Shown here in pieces: positions 9,279-20,177 of a stretch of 40,367 nucleotides of DNA (position 1 is its first letter; every line of letters starts with the position of its first letter). The notes beneath the pieces were generated by a model, which was given only the letters and a program-made list of their open reading frames with translations, was not told the DNA's origin and did not search any database. The position numbers and the translations under genes are program-made. The stretch spans positions 1 to 40,367 of the forward strand of contig CAWDPO010000005.1 in NCBI GenBank assembly GCA_963804165.1, given 5' to 3'. This DNA is from an uncultured delta proteobacterium. Its GTDB lineage: Bacteria > Desulfobacterota > Binatia > UBA9968.

Positions 9279-10289
9279 GGTCGGCTTTACGCAACAAAGA
9301 CTTTACTCACTTGTTCGGTCGACCCGCGAATAACTGAAGAAGAGCATATCATGGTAAAGCTCCTGCCTAGCAATATTTGTTCGGGTAAAATAAATGTAAC
9401 CGTGTCCGACCATACTTGATTAGCACTCCACGCCACGGTCAGCATCGCAATCAGCACCACTCTACGCGCTATAGCATGCTGAAAGAGACAAATCGCCTCG
9501 TCGATTTTACCAGTTTGACGTGGAGAGTAATTGCTGTTGCGCACATGATGCTTCAACAAAATCGCGCCATTCTTAATGCCCTCAGCATCGACACTATCGC
9601 ACTTGTTGACTGCAAGGGAGGGCGCATCCCATTTTACTTGCTACCAATGAGCGCCTTTTGTCAGGAATGTCAAAGGTGTCCCATACGGGCTGGCGAGCAC
9701 TCGGTATTGCGACTTACAACTGAAGCTAGTTCAGTCCAACGCATGACGCCTTTACTCGGCACCATGTTTGCGCAACAGGCAATTCCCCTAGCCGTAACAA
9801 GGGGAAATTCTCATGGGAGTCTTCACGGGGAAAACCGCCGATTTTAATGCTAAGCAGAGGATCGATGGGCAAATAGAATCAGAACGCTCGTTTAAAATTG
9901 ACGATTCGGAGCCGAATAGTAACCCTGTCTCAAAAGAGACGGTTAAGAGTAGTAAAGAGATATCGCCTACCTTTAACCGACGGCGAAAGACTCGTGTCTA
10001 CTTCCCCATATGACCGCTCAACCTTACGATAGCGGCAATGAAGCTAAAACTAACCGGATCGATTGATGAGCAAGCGACCAGAATGGCCTATTTTAAGGGT
10101 GAGATGTTTGCTCTGTGGCCACCTAAGTTGCCCCGCTTGTCGAGAGGTGTCATTTTCTATCTTGGCATGTTGTAAATGCCGAGCGAGAGCGCTGAAGCGC
10201 CTGCAAGCACTTCAGGAGCGCAAGACAAAACTGGTGGCAGGAAATAGTTGAGTCTCGGTGTTTCGTATCGGATGCATGAGTACCTGCAG

Positions 10290-10319
10290 TTTTAAGGTGA
10301 AGGAGAATTCAATCCAATC
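10290..10319. repeat. Single degenerate palindrome unit (GGAGAA type), copy 4
   Basis: ...GGTGAA-GGAGAA-TTCAATCCAATC followed by CTGCGATTGCCGC and an SBP stop codon. Confidence 0.8.
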
Positions 10320-10336
10320 CTGCGATTGCCGCGTCG

Positions 10337-10490
10337 TTATTTGATCACCTTATCCGCTCTCGCCAGCACGTTCGGCGGAATGGTCAGCCCGATCTGCTTG
10401 GCAGTCTTGAGATTCACGATCAATTCGAACTTTGTCGGCTGCTCCACCGGAATGTCCGCGGGCTTCGTGCCTTTTGAAGTTTTGTACATG
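10337..10490 (-). pseudogene. SBP 3'-end fragment (copy D)
   Basis: Encodes [45 protein letters not shown] with no 5' part. Confidence 0.9.
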
Positions 10491-10527
10491 TAGTCGTAAA
10501 CGGCTCGTACCGTTCCGGCCGCCCGCG

Positions 10528-11196
10528 TTAAGGACTAGAGGTCCTGTAGAGTGTATCCCAGTACATGAGCTCGTAGGCCTGGAGTAACCGGGCCGCGCGT
10601 TGGATCGGCCGCGGCTCGGTGCCGCGATCGAGCCCTTGCTGAATAACGCTCAGGGCGTTGGCTTCAAACGTAGCTGGAGGGGAGGCAAAGAGATCAAAAA
10701 AAGCGACCTCCTTCTCGCCCAGACCGAAACGCTCTTTCAAGATACGGCTTAGCCGGCCACAGTTTTGACCCCAGGCTGGAAAATTGATCAGGTAGGCAGC
10801 GGCAATCTCGGCGTCAGAGGCATAGAGCGCAAGCCACGCCATGTAGCAGGTGTAGGCGTGAGCGCCGGGCAGTGGCTCGTGCTCGCGCAGTTGAGTTTCG
10901 CTTAGGCCGAGGGCATGGGCGAACGTTAGCAGGGCATCCCAGGCAGCTCTTTCACCCTGCAGGATGCCAAGAAAAAAATCACGGCTCGGCGCGCTACCGA
11001 AACGGCTAACCAGATACGCGATGCTTTTGAGATCACTCGCTATAGTGTTGTACTGCTCGCCTGCGAAAAGACGGAGATTCTCCCGCCCGATCTTCCCTTC
11101 CTCCAGAGCCTGCACGTACGGATGGCGAAGAAGCTGTTCGGTGACGGTCTGCAAATCTTGCCGGATCTCCTCTAACAGAGCCTTGGCATCGACCAT
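10528..11196 (-). CDS. TenA/THI-4-family protein
   Basis: [13 protein letters not shown]...[10 protein letters not shown]...[13 protein letters not shown]; GGAGG RBS directly after the upstream SBP stop. Confidence 0.8.
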   Translation of the reverse strand: MVDAKALLEEIRQDLQTVTEQLLRHPYVQALEEGKIGRENLRLFAGEQYNTIASDLKSIAYLVSRFGSAPSRDFFLGILQGERAAWDALLTFAHALGLSETQLREHEPLPGAHAYTCYMAWLALYASDAEIAAAYLINFPAWGQNCGRLSRILKERFGLGEKEVAFFDLFASPPATFEANALSVIQQGLDRGTEPRPIQRAARLLQAYELMYWDTLYRTSSP

Positions 11197-11206
11197 AGCA
11201 TCCTCC

Positions 11207-12246
11207 TTATTTGATCACTTTATCCGCCCTCGCCAGCACGTTCGGCGGAATTGTCAGCCCGATCTGCTTCGCCGCTTTCAAATTGATGATGAACTCGAAC
11301 TTTGTCGGCTGCTCAACCGGCAGCTCCGCGGGCTTGGTTCCTTTGAGTATTTTGTCCACATAACCGGCGGCGCGATGATTCAGGTCCGTAAAGCTGACAC
11401 CGTAACTCATTAGCCCCCGTCTTTTACCCATTCAGGTGAGTAGTATATCGCTGGATGTCGGCCCTTGATTGCGAGATTAACGATCTGTTTTCGGTGAGAA
11501 TTGAGAACGAAGCTCTGCAGCAGTAGAACTGCGTCGGCACTTTCCCTGCTCGCGGCTCGGAACGCCGGCTCGATATCCTGCGGGCCCAACGTGTCTAGGT
11601 ATTGAATCCGCACTCCGAAGGCCGCCGCGGCGAGTTCGGTTTCTTTTAACGATTGCGCGTTGCCCGGATAGTTCGAAGTGCCGAGTGTGGCTACCCGGGA
11701 GAACTTAGGGACACTCTCCTTTAGAAGCTCCAACCGTTTTCCGCTTATCTCAGGGGCCAGCGTGGACAGTCCAGTGACGTTGCCGCCAGGCCGTGCCAGG
11801 CTGGCGACGAACCCACTGCCTACAGGATCGCTATCCTGAACCATCACAATCGGAATCGTGCTCGTCGCTTCCCTGGCGGCACGGGTTGATGCGGCACCGG
11901 CCGTCACGATGACGTCTACTTTGAGACTAACGAGCTCGGACGCAAGAGCTGGGTACCGTTCGGATTTGCCCTCTGCCGCCCGGTAGTCAAGGACGATGTT
12001 TTTCCCCTGCACGTATCCGAGCTCGCGCAGCCCCTGTAGAAATGCTTCGATGCGATCCGCATTCACAGTCAGGGAGGAACCCGCGAGATATCCGAGTCGA
12101 AAGGTTTTGGTTTTTGGTTGCGCCCGGGCGGGAGCCGCAGTTGTCAGCAAGAAAGTTGCCAGTAAACAGACTAAGGTCTTTCCACTCATCGTTTTCGCTC
12201 CCACTTTTCTGCTGCCAACTGACGACTGATCACTGACAACTCTCAT
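11207..12246 (-). CDS. ABC_sub_bind-family SBP (copy E), frameshift near 11415
   Basis: ORFs 11410..12246 and 11207..11431 join at GG/LMSYG. Confidence 0.88.
12212..12241. repeat. Degenerate heptamer tandem repeat
   Basis: CTGCCAA CTGACGA CTGATCA CTGACAA. Confidence 0.7.
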
Positions 12247-12290
12247 CTGATTACTCGATCCGCCCTCGCCAGCACATTCGGCGGAATCGC
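12243..12290 (-). pseudogene. SBP 3'-end fragment (copy F)
   Basis: [15 protein letters not shown]; its TGA overlaps the ATG of the ORF at 12246 (ATGA). Confidence 0.85.
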
Positions 12291-12302
12291 CCTACCATTT
12301 TA

Positions 12303-12327
12303 GATTTTCGATTTTGGATTTTCGATT
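12303..12327. repeat. Heptamer tandem repeat
   Basis: GATTTTC GATTTTG GATTTTC GATT. Confidence 0.8.
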
Positions 12328-12333
12328 GTTCGG

Positions 12334-12490
12334 TCATCGGATAACTTTGTCGGCTCTAGCCAATACATTGGACGGAATAGTTAAGCCGATCTGTTTTGCC
12401 GTTTTCAGGTTGACGATGAACTCGAACTTCTTCGGCTGCTCCACAGGCAGATCGCCAGGCTTGGCTCCCTTCAAGATTCTGTCAACGTAT
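12334..12490 (-). pseudogene. SBP 3'-end fragment (copy G) fused directly to the conserved leader
   Basis: [51 protein letters not shown]. Confidence 0.9.
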
Positions 12491-12576
12491 CACGGATACG
12501 GAAACGGAGAAAAGTGTTATTTTACGGCAGAAGGAAAACAGATTCATCGAGGGGAAAAAGGTTGATTTCGACGTAG

Positions 12577-12643
12577 GATTGAACTGAACGACGCTTCAAT
12601 AAAGTATCAGTAGGATGGAGTTGAAGGAGAATTCAATTCAATC
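12577..12643. repeat. Palindromic doublet element, copy 5
   Basis: GATTGAACTGAA-CGACGC-TTCAAT...GATGGAGTTGAA-GGAGAA-TTCAATTCAATC-CTGGCATTGCCGC. Confidence 0.93.
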
Positions 12644-12669
12644 CTGGCATTGCCGCTTTGCTCTTTTGC

Positions 12670-12750
12670 TCACTTGATTCGCCCGCGAGAGAAATTCCGG
12701 CGAGAGTGTCAGTCCGATCTGTTTTGCCGCCTTAAGATTTATGATGAACT
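12670..12750 (-). pseudogene. SBP 3'-end fragment (copy H)
   Basis: [25 protein letters not shown]. Confidence 0.8.
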
Positions 12751-13198
12751 TCTGGGCCAACTGGGAAGAACAGCTGCTTTCCTGTCATCGACTGTAGCAC
12801 GACCATATCGAGCGGGTTGTCGCCAACAGGGCAGTATTGCCGCCGAGAAGACCGCGGGTTGATTTCATCTTGGCCGACTTGTGCATCCCGTCAGGGCTGG
12901 AACTGTGCGTGCCGCCGCCCGTGGTCTTGCGCGTTTCGCCCTTAGCCATTTTTCCCGACTTCCTCTGCGGCTTGCCGGCCGGCCAATGCTCGATTAGCGC
13001 CTTGCTGCGTGCCAGTGGACCCAGACGCACCGCTACCAGGCGAAACTCGCCCCATGGCGCTTGTTCGTAATTCCAGCGATGAAGGTAAACATGCAACCCG
13101 TGCTCACACCAATGGCTTGATCGGGGTCCAGTGTGTTATCTACCGGCTTGGGCCACTACGCGCCTCATAACTATTGACGTTTCCTCGACTATCGATGA

Positions 13199-14872
13199 TC
13201 ACCGCCTACGCGCGTGTATCATCTCCACTGCGTCAAAGTACTTCGGTTCGCTGCGTACGATGTCAAAGCCCGTATCGACGAGCCACTCTTTGTACTGTTC
13301 CAGCGAGTAACGTCTCGCGATGGTTCTTTCAATGGCGCGGTTGACGGATACGAGCCTGTCATAGTGCTCGCGGCAACTCTCGAACTTTGCCTTCGAGACA
13401 AGATCGTCCCTGATGCCCTCCAACAGCGAATCGAGATTCGTCTTAGAATGAGTTGTCGATAGCGTGAAAACTCCGCCTCTTCTCAACGCTTCGGCTACTT
13501 TCCTGAAGCATCCCGGCGGATCGTCCAACGCATAAGCGACATTCACCGCAACCACAGCGTCGAAGTCATTTTGGCCGTCGAATTCCGTGTTCTCCACCGA
13601 TTCCATCAGGAGCGTCAAATTCTTGTTCGATCCCAGGCGCTTCTCCGCCATCTTCTCCAGCATGAACGGATTGTTCTCGACCGCCAAGACCTGGTAATTG
13701 CGTAGCAGCAGTTTCTCCGTAACGTTTCCTGTGCCGGCTCCCAGCTCGAGGACCCGGGTTGCCCGTGCCGGAATACCGCTTATGACATCCTGGATCAGAT
13801 CTTCATAGGGCTTGAAGCCTCTCAGCAGCGCATCGTAAGAGACGGCGTAAAGGCCCCACATCCGGTCTTCAGAAAGCCGCTCTTCCAAGTCCCTCTGGAA
13901 TAGTTTCCAATCAAATTTCTTTGGCAAAAGCGCCACTGACCAAGCTTTCAGATTGGCGTCCGCGTCCGTCAGCTGGGTTGCCACTTTTATGAATTCCATT
14001 TTGCCGTAGTCCGGCGACTCGTAGACCAGCGGTTCCAGGTCAACCAGCGGGAGGTGGCCCTCTTTTACCTTTTCTGTAAATTCTCTGGCGTGCTCGAAAA
14101 CTTCAGTCTGATTGGCCAATTCGATAATAAAGTTGTTGACGTGTCGACGGCGAATCGCGGGCAGAATCCGCCTGAATATCACCTCAAATGCAACATTCCA
14201 GGCAACTACTGCCAAATGCGTGTCCAGGAAATAAGTCGGAGTCGTATATCTCGGCGCCTGGTACATCACCGAACGGAGATCGCGCAGTCGGCTGATTTGG
14301 TCCTCAGCGTTCAGCGGCGGCCGACCGGCGTCTATAACATTCTGATTCTGTTGATACTGACGCTTGAATTGATCGAAATCTCCCTCATAGGACTCGAGTG
14401 GATTAAGATTGTAGAGCAGTTGCTGATACCGGAATTCGAAGTCAATCGTTCCATCTGCCGCGGTCTTACCCGAGTCTTCGACAAGGCTGAACGGCAGCCC
14501 CTGGATGACCGCAAAGCGTCTCGGCAGATCGTATTTCGTATGAATGACGGGAAGAATTTTGCCCTTCGATCCATTCGGATCTTGTGTCTGCAGAATATTG
14601 GCTTCAAAGCGGGGCCACTCATTATCAAAGTACTCCGGAGACCACACCAGGATAACTTTCTTGGTGCGATCAATATATTCGGCCAGCACGTCGATCCAGG
14701 TCTTGCCGATGAATCGCGGCATCTCCCAATCATCGAAGAAGACATGATACCCGTTATCGCGGAGCCGCCGCGCCAGCGCGCGAGTCCAGTCCTTTTGTGC
14801 GGAATTGTAGCTTAGAAAAACATCGTATCTGACAGCTCTGTTCTCCATCGCAATCGCAGCTTGTGGCGCCAT
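13199..14872 (-). CDS. TIR domain + PAS/MmyB-like domain + class I SAM methyltransferase fusion
   Basis: YDVFLSY...VFFDDW...VILVWSPEY...WPRFE (TIR with the conserved Glu); PTYFLD...VVAWNVAF (PAS-like); VLELGAGTG...FDAVVAVN...LRRGG (MTase); GAGG RBS. Confidence 0.85.
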   Translation of the reverse strand: MAPQAAIAMENRAVRYDVFLSYNSAQKDWTRALARRLRDNGYHVFFDDWEMPRFIGKTWIDVLAEYIDRTKKVILVWSPEYFDNEWPRFEANILQTQDPNGSKGKILPVIHTKYDLPRRFAVIQGLPFSLVEDSGKTAADGTIDFEFRYQQLLYNLNPLESYEGDFDQFKRQYQQNQNVIDAGRPPLNAEDQISRLRDLRSVMYQAPRYTTPTYFLDTHLAVVAWNVAFEVIFRRILPAIRRRHVNNFIIELANQTEVFEHAREFTEKVKEGHLPLVDLEPLVYESPDYGKMEFIKVATQLTDADANLKAWSVALLPKKFDWKLFQRDLEERLSEDRMWGLYAVSYDALLRGFKPYEDLIQDVISGIPARATRVLELGAGTGNVTEKLLLRNYQVLAVENNPFMLEKMAEKRLGSNKNLTLLMESVENTEFDGQNDFDAVVAVNVAYALDDPPGCFRKVAEALRRGGVFTLSTTHSKTNLDSLLEGIRDDLVSKAKFESCREHYDRLVSVNRAIERTIARRYSLEQYKEWLVDTGFDIVRSEPKYFDAVEMIHARRR

Positions 14873-14990
14873 TGTGTACCTCTCATTTTAAAATGTGCAG
14901 CAGCATGCCGGTCTGATATCTAAGCACCGTCGTATCCGCAGCTCCAACGAATTCGCCATACTTGATCACGAGATTTGCTGTCGTCCATCT

Positions 14991-16265
14991 CTAATCATCG
15001 TTCAGCCGGGCGGTTATTGTCGCGATCGCTTGAGGCTGCAGTTCCATCGCTATCATCGTCCGCTTGACGTCGATGACGCTCGCCTCCACGCCGTCGAGTC
15101 GCTTGAAGCCGTGCTTTTCATAAATTTGCTCGTGGATCTTCAGGCACTCCAGAAAAATTGGGTTGATCCCTTTTCCTACCGCCGTTTCCAACGCCTCGGT
15201 TATCAGGCGGCCCGAGATTCCGGCTCCACGGAATGAGCGATCGACGATGACGCGGCTCAGTTCGCCGCACTTCTTGCGATTTCTGAGGATATCGATCATC
15301 CTGCCGGCCAATGTCTTGTGCGTCTGAAAAATCGCTAAGCTGAGCGGATACGCATCGTTGAGGCGGCGCTTGGACACCGGATCCGTTTCGGCAATCCTTG
15401 CAAACAACTCAACCAGCATTGGATCCGCCTCGCCGTTCATAGCCACGCGTGCCGAACCAATCAACACTTCGCCGAATCCCGATCGCCGGAATGCCCCGAG
15501 ATGAATCGAGTGCGTATCGGCCTCGTTCATCTCGAGTTTGCTCGAACTTGCCTCCATAGCTTCGTCAAGATAGCCCATCTGCGCATACACCCGGTGGCGA
15601 AGCCGGAAATACTCGCGAAACTCTCGTTCGTTGTGGCTCCGCAACGGCCGCAAGATGATCGAATCCGGATCGAATTCGGGCCGAGCTTTCGGCGCGGTGA
15701 GATATTCAAGGCGGCCAATCAGCAGCACCATCGCACGCGTTAAATCTTCACGGGTGACATCCGGCTTGATAATACGGTCAATGTCCGTTACTCGCTTCCG
15801 CGACGGCCGGATTGCTATCGTTCCTAGTGCGTGGTGCGCGAACCTCGCCTGGCATTCGCGCGTCAAACAGTCCTCGATCGATTCGGACGGCGGCTTCAGC
15901 AGGTCAGAGATCAGGATTAAAGGTCTCGAATCGCCTTTTAGAAAATATCCGTGAAGCCACTCAAGAACTCTACTCTGGTCCTCGCCAAGGTCGCCAGCGG
16001 AGGTAAGGTCGGCCGCCGTCTTCGCTCTAATCTCGAGAGCAGCTTCGTTGAGGATCCTGGCGATGTGCTGCCTGGTTTCAGGCTCCGAAACCGCTAGCGC
16101 CACCGCGACTTCGTTCGGGGCAGCCGCTCTTGAATGGAAACTCGAGCTGATTAAAGAACGAGTATGTCGATGGAGGTCAGTAGGGGGCGCCGGAAACAAA
16201 GCTGGTTTCCGTCCATCGAAAATATTTGCAGAGGGTGCTTGTGCATTCGAACCAGGCCTGTCCAT
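14991..16265 (-). CDS. Protein with C-terminal GNAT acyltransferase (LuxI/FeeM-like) and uncharacterised N-terminal domain
   Basis: YFRLRHRVY..MGYL...E.D..SIHLGAF...IGSARV; GELSRVIVDRSFRGAGIS (acetyl-CoA motif A); YEKHGF. Start at ATG 16265 chosen from the GGGAG RBS; the ORF extends to 16358. Confidence 0.75.
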   Translation of the reverse strand: MDRPGSNAQAPSANIFDGRKPALFPAPPTDLHRHTRSLISSSFHSRAAAPNEVAVALAVSEPETRQHIARILNEAALEIRAKTAADLTSAGDLGEDQSRVLEWLHGYFLKGDSRPLILISDLLKPPSESIEDCLTRECQARFAHHALGTIAIRPSRKRVTDIDRIIKPDVTREDLTRAMVLLIGRLEYLTAPKARPEFDPDSIILRPLRSHNEREFREYFRLRHRVYAQMGYLDEAMEASSSKLEMNEADTHSIHLGAFRRSGFGEVLIGSARVAMNGEADPMLVELFARIAETDPVSKRRLNDAYPLSLAIFQTHKTLAGRMIDILRNRKKCGELSRVIVDRSFRGAGISGRLITEALETAVGKGINPIFLECLKIHEQIYEKHGFKRLDGVEASVIDVKRTMIAMELQPQAIATITARLNDD

Positions 16266-17057
16266 GGCAACTCCCTTCATACGAGGGAAACAAATCCAGG
16301 TTTTGTCTTTTTTCGCTCGATTTTGACAAAGAGCAAAGAAAATGCCACCGCAAGTCATTATTGCACATGGAAGGCCTATGGTCCGATTGCGTCAAGATGT
16401 ATTCTTGCAGATTTATCGCAAAAACGTGGTCTTACGAATCTTACTTGATAGCCGTTATGGATGGAAAAGAATCGACCGAAGTCAGCATCATTGAAAAGTT
16501 CTTATTCTCGAAATCGGGTGCCGTTGTAAACGAAGTATTCTTTCGTTGACACTATTGTAGCCAAAGTATTCATTCGAACCGGTCGGACCAGCATAAGTAT
16601 CCAGGCCCCAAGGTTGCACGAATCGCCTGCCTTAGTACCGGAGCGAATTCTCACACAACGAAACCGTCCCCATCGTTCCAGGATGTTGGATCGCTACGGT
16701 CATTCAAATCATGTGCTGAAACAAAATGTGGATCTTCAAAATTCAGGAATTCTCGATTTCTTGACGCATGTTAGCCTGCTGTGGTTTTAGCTGCATGCCC
16801 TTTATTGGGCTTGTGCTTGCCCCCTTCTGCAGAGCGTCCACTAGTGGGCACTCCCTGCCGTGTACTAGAAGAGACAAAGGCACTCAAATCGAATTTAACC
16901 GCACGAGGATTGTTAATCCTCGTAGCGCGTCTAACTCCTAGAGAAACACATGACAATTTTTTCACTTTGCCATTACTTTGCCACAACCAAATCGCTATGG
17001 CAGAATGACTCTAACGATTCGCAGGTTATCTCCAACAGACCACCGTAAAACCGTTAG

Positions 17058-17125
17058 GATTTAACTGAACGACACTTCAACGTTATGTGTCGCGAGATTG
17101 CATTGATGGAGAATTCAATTCAATC
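17058..17125. repeat. Palindromic doublet element, copy 6
   Basis: GATTTAACTGAA-CGACAC-TTCAAC...GATTGCATTGAT-GGAGAA-TTCAATTCAATC-CTAGCATCGC. Confidence 0.93.
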
Positions 17126-17152
17126 CTAGCATCGCGGCTTCGCTTTCTTTGT

Positions 17153-18145
17153 TCACTTAATTACCCTATCCGCCCGCACCAACACATTCGGTGGAATCGT
17201 CAGGCCGATCTGCTTGGCGGTTTTGAGATTAATAACCAAGTCGAGGTCTTTCGGTGCCTCGACAGGTAAGTCCGCCGGCTTAGTCCCTTTGAGGATTTTG
17301 TCCACATAGACGGCGGCGCGCCTGAAGACGTATTCTCGATCTTGTCCGTAGGACATCAAGCCACCGGCCACGGTATGACTTCCCCGAGGATAAATCGCCG
17401 GCAGCCGATTTTTTACCGCCAGGCCCGTGATCTGTTTTTGGTTAGCGTTGGCCAAACTGTCCTGCGTCACGGCAAGTGCTGTGCTTCGCGCCTTGATCGC
17501 CTCTTTGAACGCGCTTTCGTATTTGTCGGTGCTGCTTACTTCCATCGAGTGAAGCTGCAGACCCAGATCTCGCGCCGGCAGTTGGCTTTCTTTCCATTCT
17601 TGAGCGGAGCCTGGGTTCTGTGGATTCCACAGCACCGCAACTCGAGCGAGCTTGGGAACGGTTTCTTTGAGTAGCTCCAGTCGTTTGCCCATCAACACGG
17701 CTGAAATAGTGGTGAATCCCGTGATATTTCCGCCGGGCCGCGCCAGACTGTCGACCAACCCGTCCGCGACCGGATCAGACACCTCTAAGAAAACGATGGG
17801 GATCGACCGGGTAATGTTCTTGGCAGCTAATGCCTCAACATCAGTGGGCGTGACGAGTACATCGACTTTGAGACGAATTAGCTCATCAACCAAAGCGGGG
17901 AGCCGGTCGTACTTGCCCTCTGCGTAGCGAGATTCAAAGGTTACGTTTTTACCGTCAACGTAGCCTAGCGCGCGGAGCTCCCGCCCCAATTGCTCGCGCC
18001 CTCTGGCAATTGCCGCAGGACGGGCTCCGAGCCAGCCAATCTTAGGGACCTTTCCTTGCTGCTGCGCTTCCGCGGACAAGCAAAGCGCAAGGAGCATAGC
18101 GCTAAGCGAAAGACCGAAGAATGAATTTCTCATCAATTCCCTCAC
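17153..18145 (-). CDS. ABC_sub_bind-family SBP (copy I), intact
   Basis: 330 aa with signal peptide and all family motifs. Confidence 0.92.
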   Translation of the reverse strand: MRELMRNSFFGLSLSAMLLALCLSAEAQQQGKVPKIGWLGARPAAIARGREQLGRELRALGYVDGKNVTFESRYAEGKYDRLPALVDELIRLKVDVLVTPTDVEALAAKNITRSIPIVFLEVSDPVADGLVDSLARPGGNITGFTTISAVLMGKRLELLKETVPKLARVAVLWNPQNPGSAQEWKESQLPARDLGLQLHSMEVSSTDKYESAFKEAIKARSTALAVTQDSLANANQKQITGLAVKNRLPAIYPRGSHTVAGGLMSYGQDREYVFRRAAVYVDKILKGTKPADLPVEAPKDLDLVINLKTAKQIGLTIPPNVLVRADRVIK

Positions 18146-18179
18146 GTGCTTTCATCTGACATCTGATCGCTAGCCGCTG

Positions 18180-19149
18180 TCATCTGATGACCCGATCCGC
18201 CCGCGCCAGCACATTCGGCGGAATCGTCAGGCCGATCTGCTTCGCAGCTTTCAGATTGATGATCAGTTCAAACTTCGTTGGCTGCTCAACGGGAATGTCG
18301 GCGGGCTTCGCGCCCTTTAAAATCCTGTCAACAAAAACCGCGGCGCGCCTATACAATTCGGCCCGGTCGGTTCCGTAGGACATCAAGCCGCCGTGTTGTA
18401 ATAAATTCTGATCGATCAAAAACTGCCGGTAGGCGATACTTTGCTGCCAAATCCGTGACTAATTTTGCATTGGTTGTTGCGACCGAGCCCGCTATGACAG
18501 TGAGAGCAGCGCTATGCAACTTCGTCGCCTCTTTAAAGGCACCCTCGAATTTCTCGGCGTTACTCACCTCCATGGAATGAAGTTGTAAGCCCAGTGCACG
18601 TGCCGCGAATAGGCTTTCCTTCCATGATTCAGCAGAGCCTGGATTCTGCGGATTCCAGTAGCACAGCGACGCGGGAAAGCTTGGGAATAACTTCTTTCAG
18701 CAACTCTAATCTTTTGCCGGTGAGAGCACAGTCCGATCGAGGTCACTCCTGTGAGGTTGCCTCCCGGTCTGGCCAAGCTGTCAACTAACCCCTCCGCAAC
18801 AGGATCGGTCCCGATATTAAAAATGACAGGAATCGTCTTCGTGGCGTTTTTGAAGGCGACGGCTTCGGGTGTGGAGGAGGCAACGAGGACGTCGACTTTG
18901 AGACGGACCAAATCATCGGCTAAGGCGGGGTATCGATCAAGCTTACTCTCTGCAAAGCGAGTCTACATAGCCGAGCTCGCGGAGTCTTGCCCGGAACACC
19001 TGGCGCCCGGTGCCTAAACCGGGACGGTCTTGGCCTCTGAAGACTAACTCCCCAATCTTGGCTATCTTTGCTTGTTGCTGCGCCTCCACGGGAAGGCAAA
19101 GCGCAATGAGCATGGCGCTAAGCGCAAAGCCAAAGACTTTTTTTCTCAT
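18180..19149 (-). pseudogene. ABC_sub_bind-family SBP (copy J), multiple frameshifts
   Basis: Split across ORFs 18943..19149, 18564..18911, 18349..18573 and 18180..18419; also appears to lack the GKNIxIE segment. Confidence 0.85.
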
Positions 19150-19193
19150 GAGATTTCTTCAGTATGCTTGTCTACGCTTAGCCCTCTGCTACT

Positions 19194-20177
19194 TCACTTG
19201 ATCACCTTGTCCGCCCGGTACAGCACGGACTGCGGAATCGTCACGCTGATGTGCTTTGCAGTCTTCAGATTGATGACGAACTCAAATTTCGTCGGCTGTT
19301 GGACAGGCAAGTCCGCGGGCTTCGCACCTTTGAGGATCTTATCTACGAAGTACGCGGCACGCCGCATCGAATCCTGACGGCTCGCGGCATAGGAAATGAG
19401 GCAACCATCATCGGCGAACGCAGCCCGTCCACACATCGTTGGAAACCGGTGCTTCGCGGCAAACTCGAAGAACTGTCGTCGATGGGAAAAGTTGAAGCTG
19501 TTGTTAGTGATGATAAGCGCTTCCGCGCGATCCTTGATGATTGCGCTAAAAGCGCCCTGAAACCGTCCAGGGTCTTTCAGGTCTTGGGATTGAATCCGTA
19601 CTCCCAAAGGCTGCGCCGCAGTCCGCGTCTCTTTCAATTCGTCCTGATCTCCTCGATTCCCCTCGTGAGAAAGGACAGCCACGCGCGAGAGCTTGGGAAA
19701 GGCTTCCTTGAGAAGCTCTAACCGCTTCGCGCTCATATCCGAGTCAACGTTCGTCGATCCGGTGATGTTTCCGCCTGGTTTTGCTAAGCTGGCGACGTAT
19801 CCGTCCCCAACAAGATCACCTGCACTCCCCACGACAATCGGAATCGTGCTGGTGGCGCTCTTGGTTGCGGCAAGTGTCCCACCCACGGTAACAAGCACGT
19901 CCACTTTTAGACGGACTAACTCGGCTGCAAGCTCCGAAAACCGATCCCGCTTCCCCTCCGCGTATCGGGATTCAATAAGAATGTTTTGGCCGACAACGTA
20001 ACCCAACTCATGCAGGCCCTCCTGGAATGCGTCAAGGTAGGACGCATAGACAGACGCCGTTTCAGGCACGAAAACCCCAACTACCGGAACCTTTTTTGCC
20101 GGCTGCGCCTCGGCTTTGACCGCAACAGCAAGCAGTAACAATGCAACCAGGATTGATGCCGCCGCAGCTCTCTTCAT
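19194..20177 (-). CDS. ABC_sub_bind-family SBP (copy K), intact
   Basis: 327 aa with signal peptide and family motifs. Confidence 0.92.
   Translation of the reverse strand: MKRAAAASILVALLLLAVAVKAEAQPAKKVPVVGVFVPETASVYASYLDAFQEGLHELGYVVGQNILIESRYAEGKRDRFSELAAELVRLKVDVLVTVGGTLAATKSATSTIPIVVGSAGDLVGDGYVASLAKPGGNITGSTNVDSDMSAKRLELLKEAFPKLSRVAVLSHEGNRGDQDELKETRTAAQPLGVRIQSQDLKDPGRFQGAFSAIIKDRAEALIITNNSFNFSHRRQFFEFAAKHRFPTMCGRAAFADDGCLISYAASRQDSMRRAAYFVDKILKGAKPADLPVQQPTKFEFVINLKTAKHISVTIPQSVLYRADKVIK

Noticed and set aside
9287-10251. Short ORFs upstream of attC 9195-9278 as a third cassette gene
   Set aside because: No convincing RBS or motif, and I could not find a matching GTTATGT-like cassette start; probably degraded sequence.
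10337-12750. SBP 3' stubs as DGR template/variable repeats
   Set aside because: There is no reverse transcriptase in the window, differences are not adenine-specific, and the region is the most conserved part of the protein.
12785-13096. 103-aa minus ORF downstream of the TIR gene as a third system component
   Set aside because: Low-complexity sequence with no recognisable domain; coding status is unsupported.
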